DNA from: an uncultured Desulfosarcina sp.
Lineage (GTDB): Bacteria; Desulfobacterota; Desulfobacteria; Desulfobacterales; Desulfosarcinaceae
Assembly: GCA_963674945.2 (NCBI GenBank)
Contig: CAXXWQ010000003.1
Coordinates: 1,408,001-1,472,000, forward strand
DNA length: 64,000 bases
Direction of reading: 5' to 3'
This document shows, one piece after another, positions 20,851 to 32,023 of this stretch. The translations under genes were made by a program, and so were the position numbers. The notes under the pieces are model-generated. The model ran no database searches, was not told where the DNA came from, and saw only the letters and a list, made by a program, of their open reading frames with translations. Within the stretch, counting starts at the first letter, position 1, and every line of letters starts with the position of its first letter.

Positions 20851-22857
20851 ATGAAAAACCCGCTATTCGAACCGATTTCGATAAACCGCATGAAAGTGAA
20901 AAACAGAATCAACATGCCGGCCATGCATCTGAACATGTGCCGGGATTTCGAGGTAACCGACCAGATGGTGGCATTTTACGCCGAACGGGCAAAAGGCGGT
21001 GCAGGAATGATTACCGTCGGGTACGCAACCGTGGATGAATACTCCGGCGCTCCGCTCTGTCTGGGTGCGCACCGCGATGCCTTTATTCCGGGGCTCACCC
21101 GACTGGCCGATGTCATCCAATCCAACGGGGCCCGTGCCATGGTTCAGATCAATCATGCCGGGCGCTATGCCCACTCCTTGATGATCGGGAACCGCCAGCC
21201 GCTGGCGCCCTCGGCGATACCTTCCCGGTTGACCCGTGAAACCCCCAGGGAAATGAAAGCGGAGGATATCGAGGCAGTCATTGAGAGCTTTGCCCAGGCC
21301 GCCCGTCGGGTGAAAACGGCTGGATTCGATGCAGTGGAAGTGTTGAGCGGAACCGGATATCTCATCAGCGAGTTTCTCTCTCCCTTGACCAACCAGCGGC
21401 AGGATGCCTACGGGGGACCACTGGAAAACCGTATGCGGTTCGGACTCGAGATCATCGCAGCCATCCGCAACATGGTGGGAAATGATTTCCCCATTGTCGT
21501 AAGGATGAATGGAAATGATTTCATGCCCGGTGGAAACGGCCGGGAAGAGCTGCAGAAGTGCGCCATCGCTCTTGCCCGGGTGGGCGTGGATGCCCTGAAT
21601 ATCAATGTAGGATGGCACGAGGCGCGCGTTCCCCAGATTACCACAGCGGTTCCCAGGGGCGCCTTCGCCTACCTTTCCCGCGGGATCAAGCAGGAGGTGA
21701 ACATTCCGGTCATGGCCGGCCACCGTGTGCACGATACGAAAACAGCAGGACAACTGATCGCCGATGGCATGTGCGACCTGGTGTCCATGGGTCGCGCTTT
21801 GATCGCCGATCCCCGGATGCCCGAAAAAGCCTTAGCCGGCCGTGAGAAGAAGATTCGGCACTGCATCGCCTGTGGCCAGGGATGTTTCGACCGGATTCAA
21901 CGCGGCAAGCCTATCGAGTGCCTCTGCAACCCTGTAGCCGGACATGAGCTGGCATGCCGGATGGAAACGACGAACGAACCCAAGAAGGTAATGGTTGTGG
22001 GCGGCGGTGCGGCCGGAATGAGTGCGGCGCTGGCCGCTTCGGAATGCGGCCATCGGGTTGTCCTGTATGAGAAGAGAGAATCACTGGGCGGCCAATTGCG
22101 CCTTGCCGCAGCACCGCCGGGACGGGAAGAGTTCCGTGTTCTGTCGGAGGATCTGGCCCGTCAGGTGATGGACAGCGATGTAAAGGTAGTATTTGGCCGA
22201 ACAGTGGATCTTGCGTTGGTGCAGGACGAATCACCCGATGCGGTAATCCTCGCCACCGGCGCCACACCCATCGTTCCCCCCATTGCCGGCGTGAATCTGC
22301 CCCACGTGGTGCAGGCCTGGGATGTTCTAAGCGATAAGGTGATCACCGGCAGCAAAGTGATTGTCGTCGGTGGCGGCGCAGTGGGTGTCGAAACGGCCCT
22401 CTTTCTGGCAGAAAAGGGAACCCTTCCTGCAGATGCCTTACAGTTCCTGTTTGTCCACCAGGCGGAAGATCCCGATTTTCTCTATGAACTGGCGACAAGG
22501 GGAACCAAATCCGTCGTGCTCGTCGAAATGATTTCCAAGGTCGGAATGGATATTGGCAAAACAACCCGGTGGACCATGATCCAGGAACTGGACCGCAGGG
22601 GGGTGTTGACCCATGTGAAGACAAAAGTCCTCGAAATCACGGAAGATGGGGTCAAAGTCGAACAAGATGGAAAGGAGATCGAAATTTCCGGAGACACGGT
22701 GGTGTTGGCCGCGGGTGCAACCCCCCACAACCCGCTTCAGAAAGAACTCGAAGCGAAAGGGATTGCCTGCAGGGTCGCAGGGGATGCCGAAAAGATCGGT
22801 CTGGCCTTCGATGCCGTTCACACCGGTTTTGCCACTGGTCGTTCGTTGCATCAATAG
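20851..22857 (+). CDS. NADH:flavin oxidoreductase (OYE plus FAD domain, 2,4-dienoyl-CoA reductase-like)
   Basis: KNRINMPAM, NQRQDAYGG, CIACGQGC...CLCNP Fe-S ligands, two Gly-rich Rossmann motifs. Confidence 0.9.
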   Translation: MKNPLFEPISINRMKVKNRINMPAMHLNMCRDFEVTDQMVAFYAERAKGGAGMITVGYATVDEYSGAPLCLGAHRDAFIPGLTRLADVIQSNGARAMVQINHAGRYAHSLMIGNRQPLAPSAIPSRLTRETPREMKAEDIEAVIESFAQAARRVKTAGFDAVEVLSGTGYLISEFLSPLTNQRQDAYGGPLENRMRFGLEIIAAIRNMVGNDFPIVVRMNGNDFMPGGNGREELQKCAIALARVGVDALNINVGWHEARVPQITTAVPRGAFAYLSRGIKQEVNIPVMAGHRVHDTKTAGQLIADGMCDLVSMGRALIADPRMPEKALAGREKKIRHCIACGQGCFDRIQRGKPIECLCNPVAGHELACRMETTNEPKKVMVVGGGAAGMSAALAASECGHRVVLYEKRESLGGQLRLAAAPPGREEFRVLSEDLARQVMDSDVKVVFGRTVDLALVQDESPDAVILATGATPIVPPIAGVNLPHVVQAWDVLSDKVITGSKVIVVGGGAVGVETALFLAEKGTLPADALQFLFVHQAEDPDFLYELATRGTKSVVLVEMISKVGMDIGKTTRWTMIQELDRRGVLTHVKTKVLEITEDGVKVEQDGKEIEISGDTVVLAAGATPHNPLQKELEAKGIACRVAGDAEKIGLAFDAVHTGFATGRSLHQ

Positions 22858-23227
22858 ATGGTGGTGGACAAATGCTTTCATCCGACAGAAACGGCGCGGT
22901 GCCGTTCCGTTATTTGGAGAGGGCGTTTTAAAGGCAAGATCGTCATATTGTCGGAACCTGGTTGTCGGGCCGCCCGGGATTGACATTCAATCGATTATAT
23001 CGGATCATATTTGTTGTTCATCTACAGAAAATAAACGCGTTTGCCGATGCAATGTTCTTCTCATTTCCCGATATGTGACACGATCTTGCATACACCTTTG
23101 AAAGGCCCCTTCTCCGAAAGAATACAGCCGCGGGCCCCGGTCAGCGTGGTTTCTGTGAATTCCCGATCACAGCAAAAGACCTGCATAAACGCCGCAATCG
23201 GCGAAACCCAATAAAGAAACGGATTTT

Positions 23228-25324
23228 ATGGGAACTCTTTCAACATCGGATGACACAACCCCGGAGCGGGATATCAATATCCTGATCGTTGATGATCTTC
23301 CTGAAAATCTGCGTCTGCTTTCCAATATCCTGAAAAAAAACGGCTATCTCGTGCGACCGGCGCTGAATGGGAACGCAGCCTTAAATGCCGTCCTGCACAC
23401 ACCCGCCGACCTCGTTCTTCTGGACATGCGTATGCCGGAAATGGACGGAATCGAGGTCTGTCGACAGTTGAAACAGAACGAATCGACCCGGAACATTCCG
23501 GTAATCTTCATCAGCGCCGCCGATGACGCCAATAAAAAGGTGGCGGGGTTTCAAGCCGGCGGTGTGGATTACATCACCAAACCGTTTCAACCGGATGAAG
23601 TCCTTGCCAGGATCGGCGTTCAGCTTGAATTGCGTCGCGCCCAAAAAGAGCTGGAACAGGCCTACCAGAATATGGAACAGAAGGTACAAGAGCGCACCGC
23701 CGAATTGACGGCCGCCTACGAAGCCTTGCGTGAAAGTGAAGAAAAATTCCGGACCTTGAACGAAAATCTTCCCCTGGGGGTTTTCCGTACAACCGTATCG
23801 GGCCGGTTGCTTTCGGCAAATCAGGCCATGCTGAATATTTTTGGATACGACACTTTTTTTGAACAATGGGATGAGCGTGTCGCCCATCAAATCTATAGAA
23901 ACATTAATGATCGTGAGCATCTGTATCGCCTTCTGAAAAAGAATGGAAAGCTGAACGGATACGAAGTGAGCATGAAGCGCCGGGATGGAACCGAATTTCC
24001 TGCGGCATTTAGCGCCCGGATTGTTATCGATCCCAAAACAGGCGAAGAGTATATCGACGGCGTCCTGGAGGACATCTCGGAGAGAAAAAAAATCGAAGAA
24101 CGCAACAAATCGCTCGAGAAGCAGATTCGCCAGGCCCAGAAGATGGAAGCCGTCGGTACCCTGGCGGGGGGTATCGCCCATGATTTCAACAATATTTTAT
24201 CTGCCGTATTGGGATTCACCGAACTTGCCAAGCTGGACCACGCCCAGGGTATCGATATCGGCAATGCCCTCGACGAGATCCATGCGGCCGGGATACGTGC
24301 CCGGGAGCTGGTCAAGCAGATTCTGACCTTCAGCCGTCATGATGATATTCAGAGAGCCCCCGTTATCATCACGCCTTTGGTGAAGGAGGCCCTGCGGTTT
24401 TTGAAATCCTCTCTTCCAACGACCATTGAGATCCGCCAACACATTGATGACATCGACGAGACCATCCTTGCCGATCCAACGCAGATTCAACAGATCGTAA
24501 TGAATCTCTGCACCAATGCGGCCCATGCAATGAACGGGAAAGGCACCCTGGATGTTCGGTTGACCAAAGTTGTGCTCGATGATCAGAGCATGCCCGATTA
24601 CAAAGCCCTCTCCCCGGGCAATTATTTGCGCCTCGCCGTTTCCGACACCGGCCAGGGAATCAATCCGGGCATTATCCACCGCATCTTCGAACCTTTCTTC
24701 ACGACAAAAAAGATCGGAGAAGGAACCGGCATGGGTTTGTCCGTGGTTCACGGAATTGTCAAAAACATGGAAGGAGAGATCACCGTATACAGCGAGGTCG
24801 GAAAAGGAACCGCCTTCAATGTGCTGCTGCCGGTCCATGAAGAGACGCAAAAACAGGCGGTTGAAAAAGAGACGGAAGCCGTGCCGCACGGAAGTGGAAA
24901 CATCCTGATGGTCGATGATGAAGACATGATCATTCAAGCAGCCAGTGCGATTCTCCTTTCTCTCGGATATGAGGTCGAGGCCAGAACCAGCAGCAAAGAT
25001 GCCCTTGTCCGTTTCAAAGCCGCACCGGACCGGTTTGACCTGGTTCTCACCGATCTCACCATGCCCGAAATGACCGGCGTGGCGTTGGCCATGGAAATTC
25101 GCAAGATTTCCCCGGATATTCCCATCGTGCTGTGCACCGGTTTCACCGCAGGGATCACCGAGCAGACCCGGGTGATGAGCGGAATCGATAAGATTCTGAT
25201 GAAACCCATCCTCAGGAGTGAACTGGCAAGGACTTTGAACGATTTGCTCGGCGACAGCCGCGGAAAAACATCACGCGCCCCGTTCGACTCGGCTTCAGCG
25301 GGCTCTTCTCTGAAAGCGCCTTGA
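23228..25324 (+). CDS. Cytoplasmic hybrid kinase (REC-PAS-HisKA-HATPase-REC)
   Basis: ILIVDD...DMRMP, AHDFNN, NLCTNA, DTGQG, GTGMGL, C-terminal DLTMP. Confidence 0.92.
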   Translation: MGTLSTSDDTTPERDINILIVDDLPENLRLLSNILKKNGYLVRPALNGNAALNAVLHTPADLVLLDMRMPEMDGIEVCRQLKQNESTRNIPVIFISAADDANKKVAGFQAGGVDYITKPFQPDEVLARIGVQLELRRAQKELEQAYQNMEQKVQERTAELTAAYEALRESEEKFRTLNENLPLGVFRTTVSGRLLSANQAMLNIFGYDTFFEQWDERVAHQIYRNINDREHLYRLLKKNGKLNGYEVSMKRRDGTEFPAAFSARIVIDPKTGEEYIDGVLEDISERKKIEERNKSLEKQIRQAQKMEAVGTLAGGIAHDFNNILSAVLGFTELAKLDHAQGIDIGNALDEIHAAGIRARELVKQILTFSRHDDIQRAPVIITPLVKEALRFLKSSLPTTIEIRQHIDDIDETILADPTQIQQIVMNLCTNAAHAMNGKGTLDVRLTKVVLDDQSMPDYKALSPGNYLRLAVSDTGQGINPGIIHRIFEPFFTTKKIGEGTGMGLSVVHGIVKNMEGEITVYSEVGKGTAFNVLLPVHEETQKQAVEKETEAVPHGSGNILMVDDEDMIIQAASAILLSLGYEVEARTSSKDALVRFKAAPDRFDLVLTDLTMPEMTGVALAMEIRKISPDIPIVLCTGFTAGITEQTRVMSGIDKILMKPILRSELARTLNDLLGDSRGKTSRAPFDSASAGSSLKAP

Positions 25325-25335
25325 TGCAATGGAAT

Positions 25336-27900
25336 TTACTTCCCTTCCGGAGCAATCAGTGACAAAATCCGGTCGTATTGGAAATCGTCTGCCAGCCGGG
25401 TTAGCGTCTTGCCAAAGGAAGGGGCAATGGTTGTTATCCGATCAATGTGTTTTTGGATCAGGTCCGTATCGATGGCGACGATCGCCTCCTTTACACCCAA
25501 AACCCAATCATCCGAAAGCTGCGGCAGCATGTCCGGTTCCCGGGCGTCTTCCATGGAGACATGCGTTTGTGGATTCACCGGCGCTTCTTGTTCTTCGTAT
25601 CGATATCGGACCCCCAGATGCTTGGCCATGATATCGAAAATCTCCGCCGGCCGGAACGGTTTTCGAACGAAATCATCGCATCCGGCAGATAGAATCCGAT
25701 CACGCTCTTCTTCGAAGGCGTGGGCCGTGAGTGCGATAACTGGTGTTTTTGCACCTTTTTTCGTCGCCTTCATCCGCCGGGTGGCCTCGTAGCCATCCAT
25801 TACCGGCATACGGATGTCCATCCACACCAGATCCGGCTGCCATCTTTCAAACATCTCGACGCCTTCCTCTCCGTTTACCGCCTCCGCTGTTATAAACCCC
25901 ACTTTGCCCAACAATTTCCGTAAAAGGGCGCGATTCTCCTCCCGATCCTCGACGACTAGAATACGATAATCCGGCTGATCCGGCGCAAGGGCGATCACCC
26001 GGCCCCGGGGTTGCCTTCTCACGACATCCTCACCGGCCACAACCGTCACCGGAATTTCGAAACGAAAAACGGTACCCTTGCCGGGAGTGCTTTGCACTTC
26101 AATCTCGCCCCCCATCAAGGCGATGTACTGTCGACTGATGGCGAGGCCCAACCCCGTACCATTGGAGATGTTTCCTCTGGAATTTTGCGCAGACGACTGG
26201 AAAAAAGGATCGAAGATCCGCTCCAAATCTTCGGAGGCGATGCCGATACCCGTATCCTCTATTTCAAACCGGATACTTGTTGTATCGCTTATATTTTGGC
26301 TGGCTACCCGAAGGTCGATCCGGCCGGCCTCTGTAAATTTGATGGCGTTGCCCAAAAGGTTGATCAAAATCTGGCGAAGTTTCCCCTCATCCGCCCGAAC
26401 ATGGCGAACCAGATCCGGGGCGAGGGCCATGAAAAAGGATCGGTCCCGGGAGGTGGTTGCACTGGCGAATATTTCCGCGATGCCTTTCATAAACCAGTGC
26501 AGATCAAACTTGTTTGGGTTCAGTGATATGCGACCGGTCTCGATCTTTGCGATTTCCAGCACATCATTGATCAGGGCCAGAAGATGTTGCCCGGATCGAT
26601 TGATAATCCCCACCTCCTCCTGAACATTCGCCGGCAATGAGGTGTCACGGCGCATCAAATGGGTAAAACCGAGAATGGAATTCAGCGGGGTGCGAAGTTC
26701 ATGGCTCATGTTGGCCAGAAAGGTCGTCTTGGCGTGATTGGCGGATTCGGCGGCATCCTTGGCGGCCTGCAACTCCCGGTTGGTCTCTTCCAGCATGGCG
26801 CTGTGCTCCAAAATCTCCGCTTCACTTTGCCGCAGTCGCTCTTCCCGTTCCCGGACCGCCGCCACCATCGCGTTGAAGCTTCGGGTAAGCGCATCTATTT
26901 CAAGAAATGCGCCCGTGGAATTGACGGTTCGGTATTCTCCCTGGGCAATGTAAACGGACTGTGCGGTGAGCCGGATCAGGGGATTTAGAATTTTTCTCAT
27001 GATGGGAAAGGAAACAACCACCGCCAGGATCATGGCAATCCCCATCCCCACGGCAGTGATGAACCCGACACGACGGACCGGGGCATAGGCAATGTCCAGG
27101 GGCTGTGAAATATGAACCACCCAGTTGACACCCGGCACCACGGTCACGCCGCCCAGGTAGGTTTTTCTCTCAAACTCGTAAGAAAACACGCCTTCCTCGC
27201 CGGCAAGCCCCCTTTCAATATTTCCATATTGGCTCAGGTTCCAGCGTGTGGTGACCAGGCGTCGGTCCGGATGGTAGATTACCGTCCCCTCATTATCGAC
27301 AATGATGGCGGAACGCGCCGTACCGGTGTTGAACTTGTCGACGATGTCGCCAATCGCGGCGAGTTTAAGGTATCCGGTAATGATTCCATCTTCCTTGGGA
27401 ATGCTGATACTGATGGTTGGCTCGTCGACATAGGGGGGAATAAAGGTCGGCGACCAGTAAGATTGATTCCGGGACCGGATCATATGAAAGAAATCCTTGC
27501 CGGACATATCGATGCCTTCGATATTGGCATTGAAAGGAGCCACGGCGGTTACCCGTCCTTTACCGTTGATCAGCATGATCAGTTCCATGAAAGGATAGTT
27601 ACTGACAATCTCTTCCAGATAGGCAGTTCGCTCATTCGGGGAGATAAGATTCGGCCGGGCAATTATTTTCTTTACCTGTTCCAGCAGGTTCAGGGGTGGA
27701 ACCAGAAATGCTTCCACCTCATTGGCCAAAGAGCGCGTCAGAAGAAGATTATTATTGGAAATATCCTGTTTCATATTGGCCGTTAGAATTAACAGAGAAA
27801 TCAGCCCCACCAACAAAATGGGAAGAACTGCCAATAAGAGAGAATAGATCCGCAGTGCATTTTTAATGCTGATCGGCTTGCGGTTACTCAATTTCAACAA
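25336..27900 (-). CDS. Membrane hybrid sensor kinase (Cache-HAMP-HisKA-HATPase-REC)
   Basis: Two TM helices, SHELRTPLN, NAIKFT, DTGIGI, GTGLGL, DIRMP. Confidence 0.92.
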   Translation of the reverse strand: MLKLSNRKPISIKNALRIYSLLLAVLPILLVGLISLLILTANMKQDISNNNLLLTRSLANEVEAFLVPPLNLLEQVKKIIARPNLISPNERTAYLEEIVSNYPFMELIMLINGKGRVTAVAPFNANIEGIDMSGKDFFHMIRSRNQSYWSPTFIPPYVDEPTISISIPKEDGIITGYLKLAAIGDIVDKFNTGTARSAIIVDNEGTVIYHPDRRLVTTRWNLSQYGNIERGLAGEEGVFSYEFERKTYLGGVTVVPGVNWVVHISQPLDIAYAPVRRVGFITAVGMGIAMILAVVVSFPIMRKILNPLIRLTAQSVYIAQGEYRTVNSTGAFLEIDALTRSFNAMVAAVREREERLRQSEAEILEHSAMLEETNRELQAAKDAAESANHAKTTFLANMSHELRTPLNSILGFTHLMRRDTSLPANVQEEVGIINRSGQHLLALINDVLEIAKIETGRISLNPNKFDLHWFMKGIAEIFASATTSRDRSFFMALAPDLVRHVRADEGKLRQILINLLGNAIKFTEAGRIDLRVASQNISDTTSIRFEIEDTGIGIASEDLERIFDPFFQSSAQNSRGNISNGTGLGLAISRQYIALMGGEIEVQSTPGKGTVFRFEIPVTVVAGEDVVRRQPRGRVIALAPDQPDYRILVVEDREENRALLRKLLGKVGFITAEAVNGEEGVEMFERWQPDLVWMDIRMPVMDGYEATRRMKATKKGAKTPVIALTAHAFEEERDRILSAGCDDFVRKPFRPAEIFDIMAKHLGVRYRYEEQEAPVNPQTHVSMEDAREPDMLPQLSDDWVLGVKEAIVAIDTDLIQKHIDRITTIAPSFGKTLTRLADDFQYDRILSLIAPEGK

Positions 27901-29029
27901 AAGCTCCGTTTTTTACGATGAACAGCAAAGGCTTTCTTTGATTATCACCATATCGGTCGAAGATGATGTCGCCTTGAAGGCCGTTGAAGTGTCCGGTTTG
28001 TATGAGCGTCTCTTTGAGCCGTTTCGGGTCCCCATTTATGGAAAGCGCCTGAGAGAGGATATAAACAGCCTCGTAACCAGAAGTTTCCCACATCCCGGGT
28101 GTGGAGTTATATTTTTCGAAGTACTTGTCTCGAAACGCCAAGAACGCCGGTTCCCGACTCTCTTTTTTGAAAGAATGTACCATGATCACACCGTCCACGG
28201 CGGTGCCACCGTTTTGGATCAACTCCTGATGATAGGCCCACGGACTGATGAATATGGGGCTGGTGGCATCGTGTTTCCGCAGGTGCTGACAAACCATGGC
28301 GGTATCGTAGTGATTGGCAATAATGAAATAGGCGTCCGGGCCTGATTCCACCAGTTTCGCGACCAAATTCGGAAACAAGAGGTTTGTTTCGGATCTGTAC
28401 GTTATTCCCGTGACATGGCCCCCCATCGTTTCAAATGCCTCTTTAAAACCCTGAAATTTCGATTCGGAATAGGAGTCGGCCGTAAGGTCATAGAGCACCA
28501 ACATTTCTTTGATACCGATGTCATATGCATACGCTGCGGTCATGATACTGGTTTTCTTTGTGGAAGGATTGATCTTGAAAAAATAGTCATCTATCCCCGA
28601 CAGTTTGTCAGAAGCAGAAATGGGGCTTACCATGACCTTTTTTTCTCGGTTTATTGTAGAAAGCACTGCAAGACTCATGTTGCTTCGAACATGGCCGACG
28701 ATCGCCGCAACATCTTCCCGGATCAATTCCCGGTCCACGGCAACCGCGGTCTCCGGGTCCAGCCGGTCATCTTTTTCGATCAGTTCTATTTTCCGTCCAT
28801 GAATACCCCCCTCGGCATTGATATCATCTACCGCCAAAAGGGCGCCGTTTCTGATAATAACTGCCACTGCCGCCGATTTGTCTTCTGTCAGATTGCCGAC
28901 GAATCCGATCTTGATCGGCGGCGGCTCTTTCCGGCAGCCGGCCGAAATTGCCAATAAGATCAAAAGGATAATCCGTACGATCCTGTCAGGAATCGCTTTT
29001 CTGTTGCTGGATTTCAACAAAGGCTCCAT
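27884..29029 (-). CDS. LivK/LivJ-like periplasmic substrate-binding lipoprotein
   Basis: Lipobox SAGC, PIKIGFVG, INAEGGIHGRKIELI, FNGLQGDIIFD. Confidence 0.88.
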   Translation of the reverse strand: MEPLLKSSNRKAIPDRIVRIILLILLAISAGCRKEPPPIKIGFVGNLTEDKSAAVAVIIRNGALLAVDDINAEGGIHGRKIELIEKDDRLDPETAVAVDRELIREDVAAIVGHVRSNMSLAVLSTINREKKVMVSPISASDKLSGIDDYFFKINPSTKKTSIMTAAYAYDIGIKEMLVLYDLTADSYSESKFQGFKEAFETMGGHVTGITYRSETNLLFPNLVAKLVESGPDAYFIIANHYDTAMVCQHLRKHDATSPIFISPWAYHQELIQNGGTAVDGVIMVHSFKKESREPAFLAFRDKYFEKYNSTPGMWETSGYEAVYILSQALSINGDPKRLKETLIQTGHFNGLQGDIIFDRYGDNQRKPLLFIVKNGAFVEIE

Positions 29030-30120
29030 TTTTAACGGTTAAGAGTTTGGGCCGGCGCCGGTTATCTCCATAACGGTCAAACAGGATGTCGCCTTGCAAC
29101 CCGCGGAACCGCCCGATTTCCAGAAGCGTCGCTTTGAGTCGTTTCGGATCCGGATTGCTTGCAAGTGCCTGGGAGAGGACATAAACAGCCTCGTAGCTGA
29201 AGGTTTCCCAGATTTCCGGCGTGGTTTTAAAACGCCTGAAAAAATTTTCCTTGAATTCCAAAAACGCCGGCTGCCGGCTATCCCTTTGAAAAGAGTGTAC
29301 CAAGAGCAGGCCCTCCACTGCCGCGCCGCCGTTTCTCGTCAATTCCGTATGATAGGCCCATGGGCTGATAAATATGGGGCTGGTGGTATCGATCTTGCGC
29401 AGGTGCTGACAAACCATGGCGGTATCGAATGGACCGGAAATGAGAAAATAACCATCCGGGCCTGATTCTACCAGGTTCGCGGCCAAATCCGGAAAAGAGA
29501 TCCCCTTGCCGGAGGTGAAGGGTTTGGCCGTGACCCGCCCCCCCCAAATCTTCGAATGCTTCTTTAAAACGAAAAAACTTGGATTCGGCATAATCCCTGG
29601 CCGCCTGGTCATAAAGAACCGTCATTTTTCTGATCCTGCGCTTATACGCATATGTGGCGGTCTCAATACTGGTATCCGAGATGGGCGGATTGATCCTGAA
29701 CAAGTTATCGTCAACGCCTGTCAAATCGCTTGCGGCGGCAATGGGACTCAGCAGTACCACGTTAGACCGGTTGATAAGGGGAAGCGCCGCACGACACATG
29801 TCGCTATGGACGTGACCGACAATCGCCGCGACATCATCCTGGATCAACTCCCGATCCACTTTCACCGCGGTTTCCGGATCGAACAGGTCGTCTTTTACGA
29901 TCAATTTTATTTTACGACCATGAATGCCGCCTTTGGTGTTGATGTCGTCTGCTGCCAAAAGTGCACCGTTTCTGGCACCGATCACCAATGGTGCCGTCTT
30001 GGCTTTTGTCAGGTTACCGACGAATCCGATTTTAATCGGCGGTTGCTCTTTGCGACAGCTGCCGACAACGAGGACACCAATCAGAAACAAGACAGGAACC
30101 AGCAATGTTCGGTTTCCCAT
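28986..30120 (-). pseudogene. Paralogous LivK-like binding protein split by a +1 frameshift
   Basis: Two ORF halves join at a G8 run (29538-29545); G7 would give DLGGRVT, matching TMGGHVT in the paralogue. Confidence 0.8.
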
Positions 30121-30450
30121 CTCCCGTCCTTTCCATGACATTTTGAATCGTCCGATCTGAAAAATAAAGCCATGCCTGATCACCAAAATGTGAAATGGGT
30201 ATTTCCACCGAAAAGGGCGCGATAACAGAAGGGGATCACTTTATGACACGTAGCGCTTGAACGATCAGACATTTCATCACATATAACTTTTTGCCACTAT
30301 TCCCATCTAAAATACATTTCATACAAAGTCAAATACATAGAGGCTTGGAAGAAAGCATACGACACCCGGAAGTATATAAAAGAGAGAAAATAGCACAACC
30401 ATGAGAGAGAACTTCCAGGGAACTTGTTCATCAATACAAATAAGAAGAAA

Positions 30451-30559
30451 TTTTTTATAAAGAGCTTTTCCCGTTTACCCATAGACAAAATGAGAGAATG
30501 AGTTTCTTTCGTAATACTGTTTGGCCATCTTCGGTCTGGAAAAGCTTTTTAGGGACATC
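30451..30559 (-). repeat. Palindromic intergenic repeat element, copy 1
   Basis: Inverted ends AAAAAGCTTTTCC / GGAAAAGCTCTTT; aligns with 47648-47767. Confidence 0.7.
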
Positions 30560-30658
30560 CCAGGCAAATTCCGATTGTGTTGTCTGCGCAAATGCATTAC
30601 CGTCATCAGTGTCCATACAGAAACAGAAAATTCATATACGGGAAAGATCCAGAAGACA

Positions 30659-31822
30659 ATGCTGAAGCTGAACGCGCCCATCGTGATCCGGGGTATGAAG
30701 TTGAAAAATCGCGTATTGATGCCTGCCATCGGTACGCTGGCCATGCGGTTTGGACTCGACGGCCCCACCCAAGCCATCACCGACTTCTATTTCAAACGCG
30801 CCGTCGGAGGCACCGGTTCCATCGTTTTCGGTGGGCTGCCGCCTTCGGCGTTGATTCCCGAAGAGGACTTGAACCAATCCGTACCCCCGGATTTGCGCCT
30901 TACGGCATTGGAGCGTTTTGTCGCAAGAATGCACGAGGGCGGAGCAAAGGTTGGCGTACAATTGTTTCACGCCAACCTGTACCCCTCCGGGGAAGTGATT
31001 TCCGCAACCTTGCAAGACTACGTCGCCCCTTCACCGCGCGTGGAACGTCACATCCCCCCCGTGGGGCAAGAAATGCGACAGTTGACCATCCAAGAAATCG
31101 AAGCAATTATTCAAAGGTTTGCCAGAGCGGCGTTTCGTGTCAGGGAATCGGGAGCCGACTTCGTTGAATTTCATCTGGCCCACGGCCACGCCCAGATCCC
31201 ATACATGTTCTTTACCCCCCTTGAGAATCGACGGGATGACCGCTATGGGGGCGATGGTCCCGGCAGAATGAAGTTCGGCCTGGAATGCGTGGCCGCCATC
31301 AGAGAAGCCGTGGGATGGGACTATCCCCTCTTCGTCAGGCTTGGGGCCATTGACGAGGCATCCGGCGGCGTAACGCCGTCAGATGCGGCGAATTTTGCCG
31401 TTGAACTCGAAAAGGGCGGCGTCGATTGCCTCAGCGTATCCATGGGCATCTCCAGCACCACGGAACATATCAACCATATCGCGCCACTGAAGTCCAAGTC
31501 TCCCATGGGAGCCTACGTACACATGGCCCAGACCGTTAAAAAGCAAGTCGACATTCCGGTTGTGGCGGTTGGCCGGTTAAACACACCGACGCTGGCCGAG
31601 GATATCCTGGAAAAATCCCGGGCGGATATAGTCGCCATTTGCCGACAGCTCATCTGCGATCCGGCGTGGGTGACCAAAGCCATCGAAAACCGCACCGAGG
31701 AGATCGTCCCCTGCGATTCCTGCAATACCTTCTGTCTGTGTCAAGGGTCCGAAAAACAGCCCGCCACCCACTGTTGCCGCAAGACCAGGAGACCAGGAGA
31801 GGAATGGGAACGTTTCTTTTAG
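30659..31822 (+). CDS. NADH:flavin oxidoreductase (OYE barrel plus Cys cluster, no FAD domain)
   Basis: LKNRVLMPA, EFHLAHGH, NRRDDRYGG, CDSCNTFC. Confidence 0.85.
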   Translation: MLKLNAPIVIRGMKLKNRVLMPAIGTLAMRFGLDGPTQAITDFYFKRAVGGTGSIVFGGLPPSALIPEEDLNQSVPPDLRLTALERFVARMHEGGAKVGVQLFHANLYPSGEVISATLQDYVAPSPRVERHIPPVGQEMRQLTIQEIEAIIQRFARAAFRVRESGADFVEFHLAHGHAQIPYMFFTPLENRRDDRYGGDGPGRMKFGLECVAAIREAVGWDYPLFVRLGAIDEASGGVTPSDAANFAVELEKGGVDCLSVSMGISSTTEHINHIAPLKSKSPMGAYVHMAQTVKKQVDIPVVAVGRLNTPTLAEDILEKSRADIVAICRQLICDPAWVTKAIENRTEEIVPCDSCNTFCLCQGSEKQPATHCCRKTRRPGEEWERFF

Positions 31823-32023
31823 CACTCCTTTCCGAATGGTCATGAATTTTCTGACAGGGTGGTTTTGCCCCCCATTTTCCACCACTTTTTTCAGTATTAA
31901 GCCCTACGCCCCCCCGACGATACAGAATCCAACAGCACAATAGTGCATGAACCGGCAACCGGCACCGCATTCAGGACCGACTGTAACCGATGCCTGCGAA
32001 ACAACCGCTGGAGGGGAAAAACG

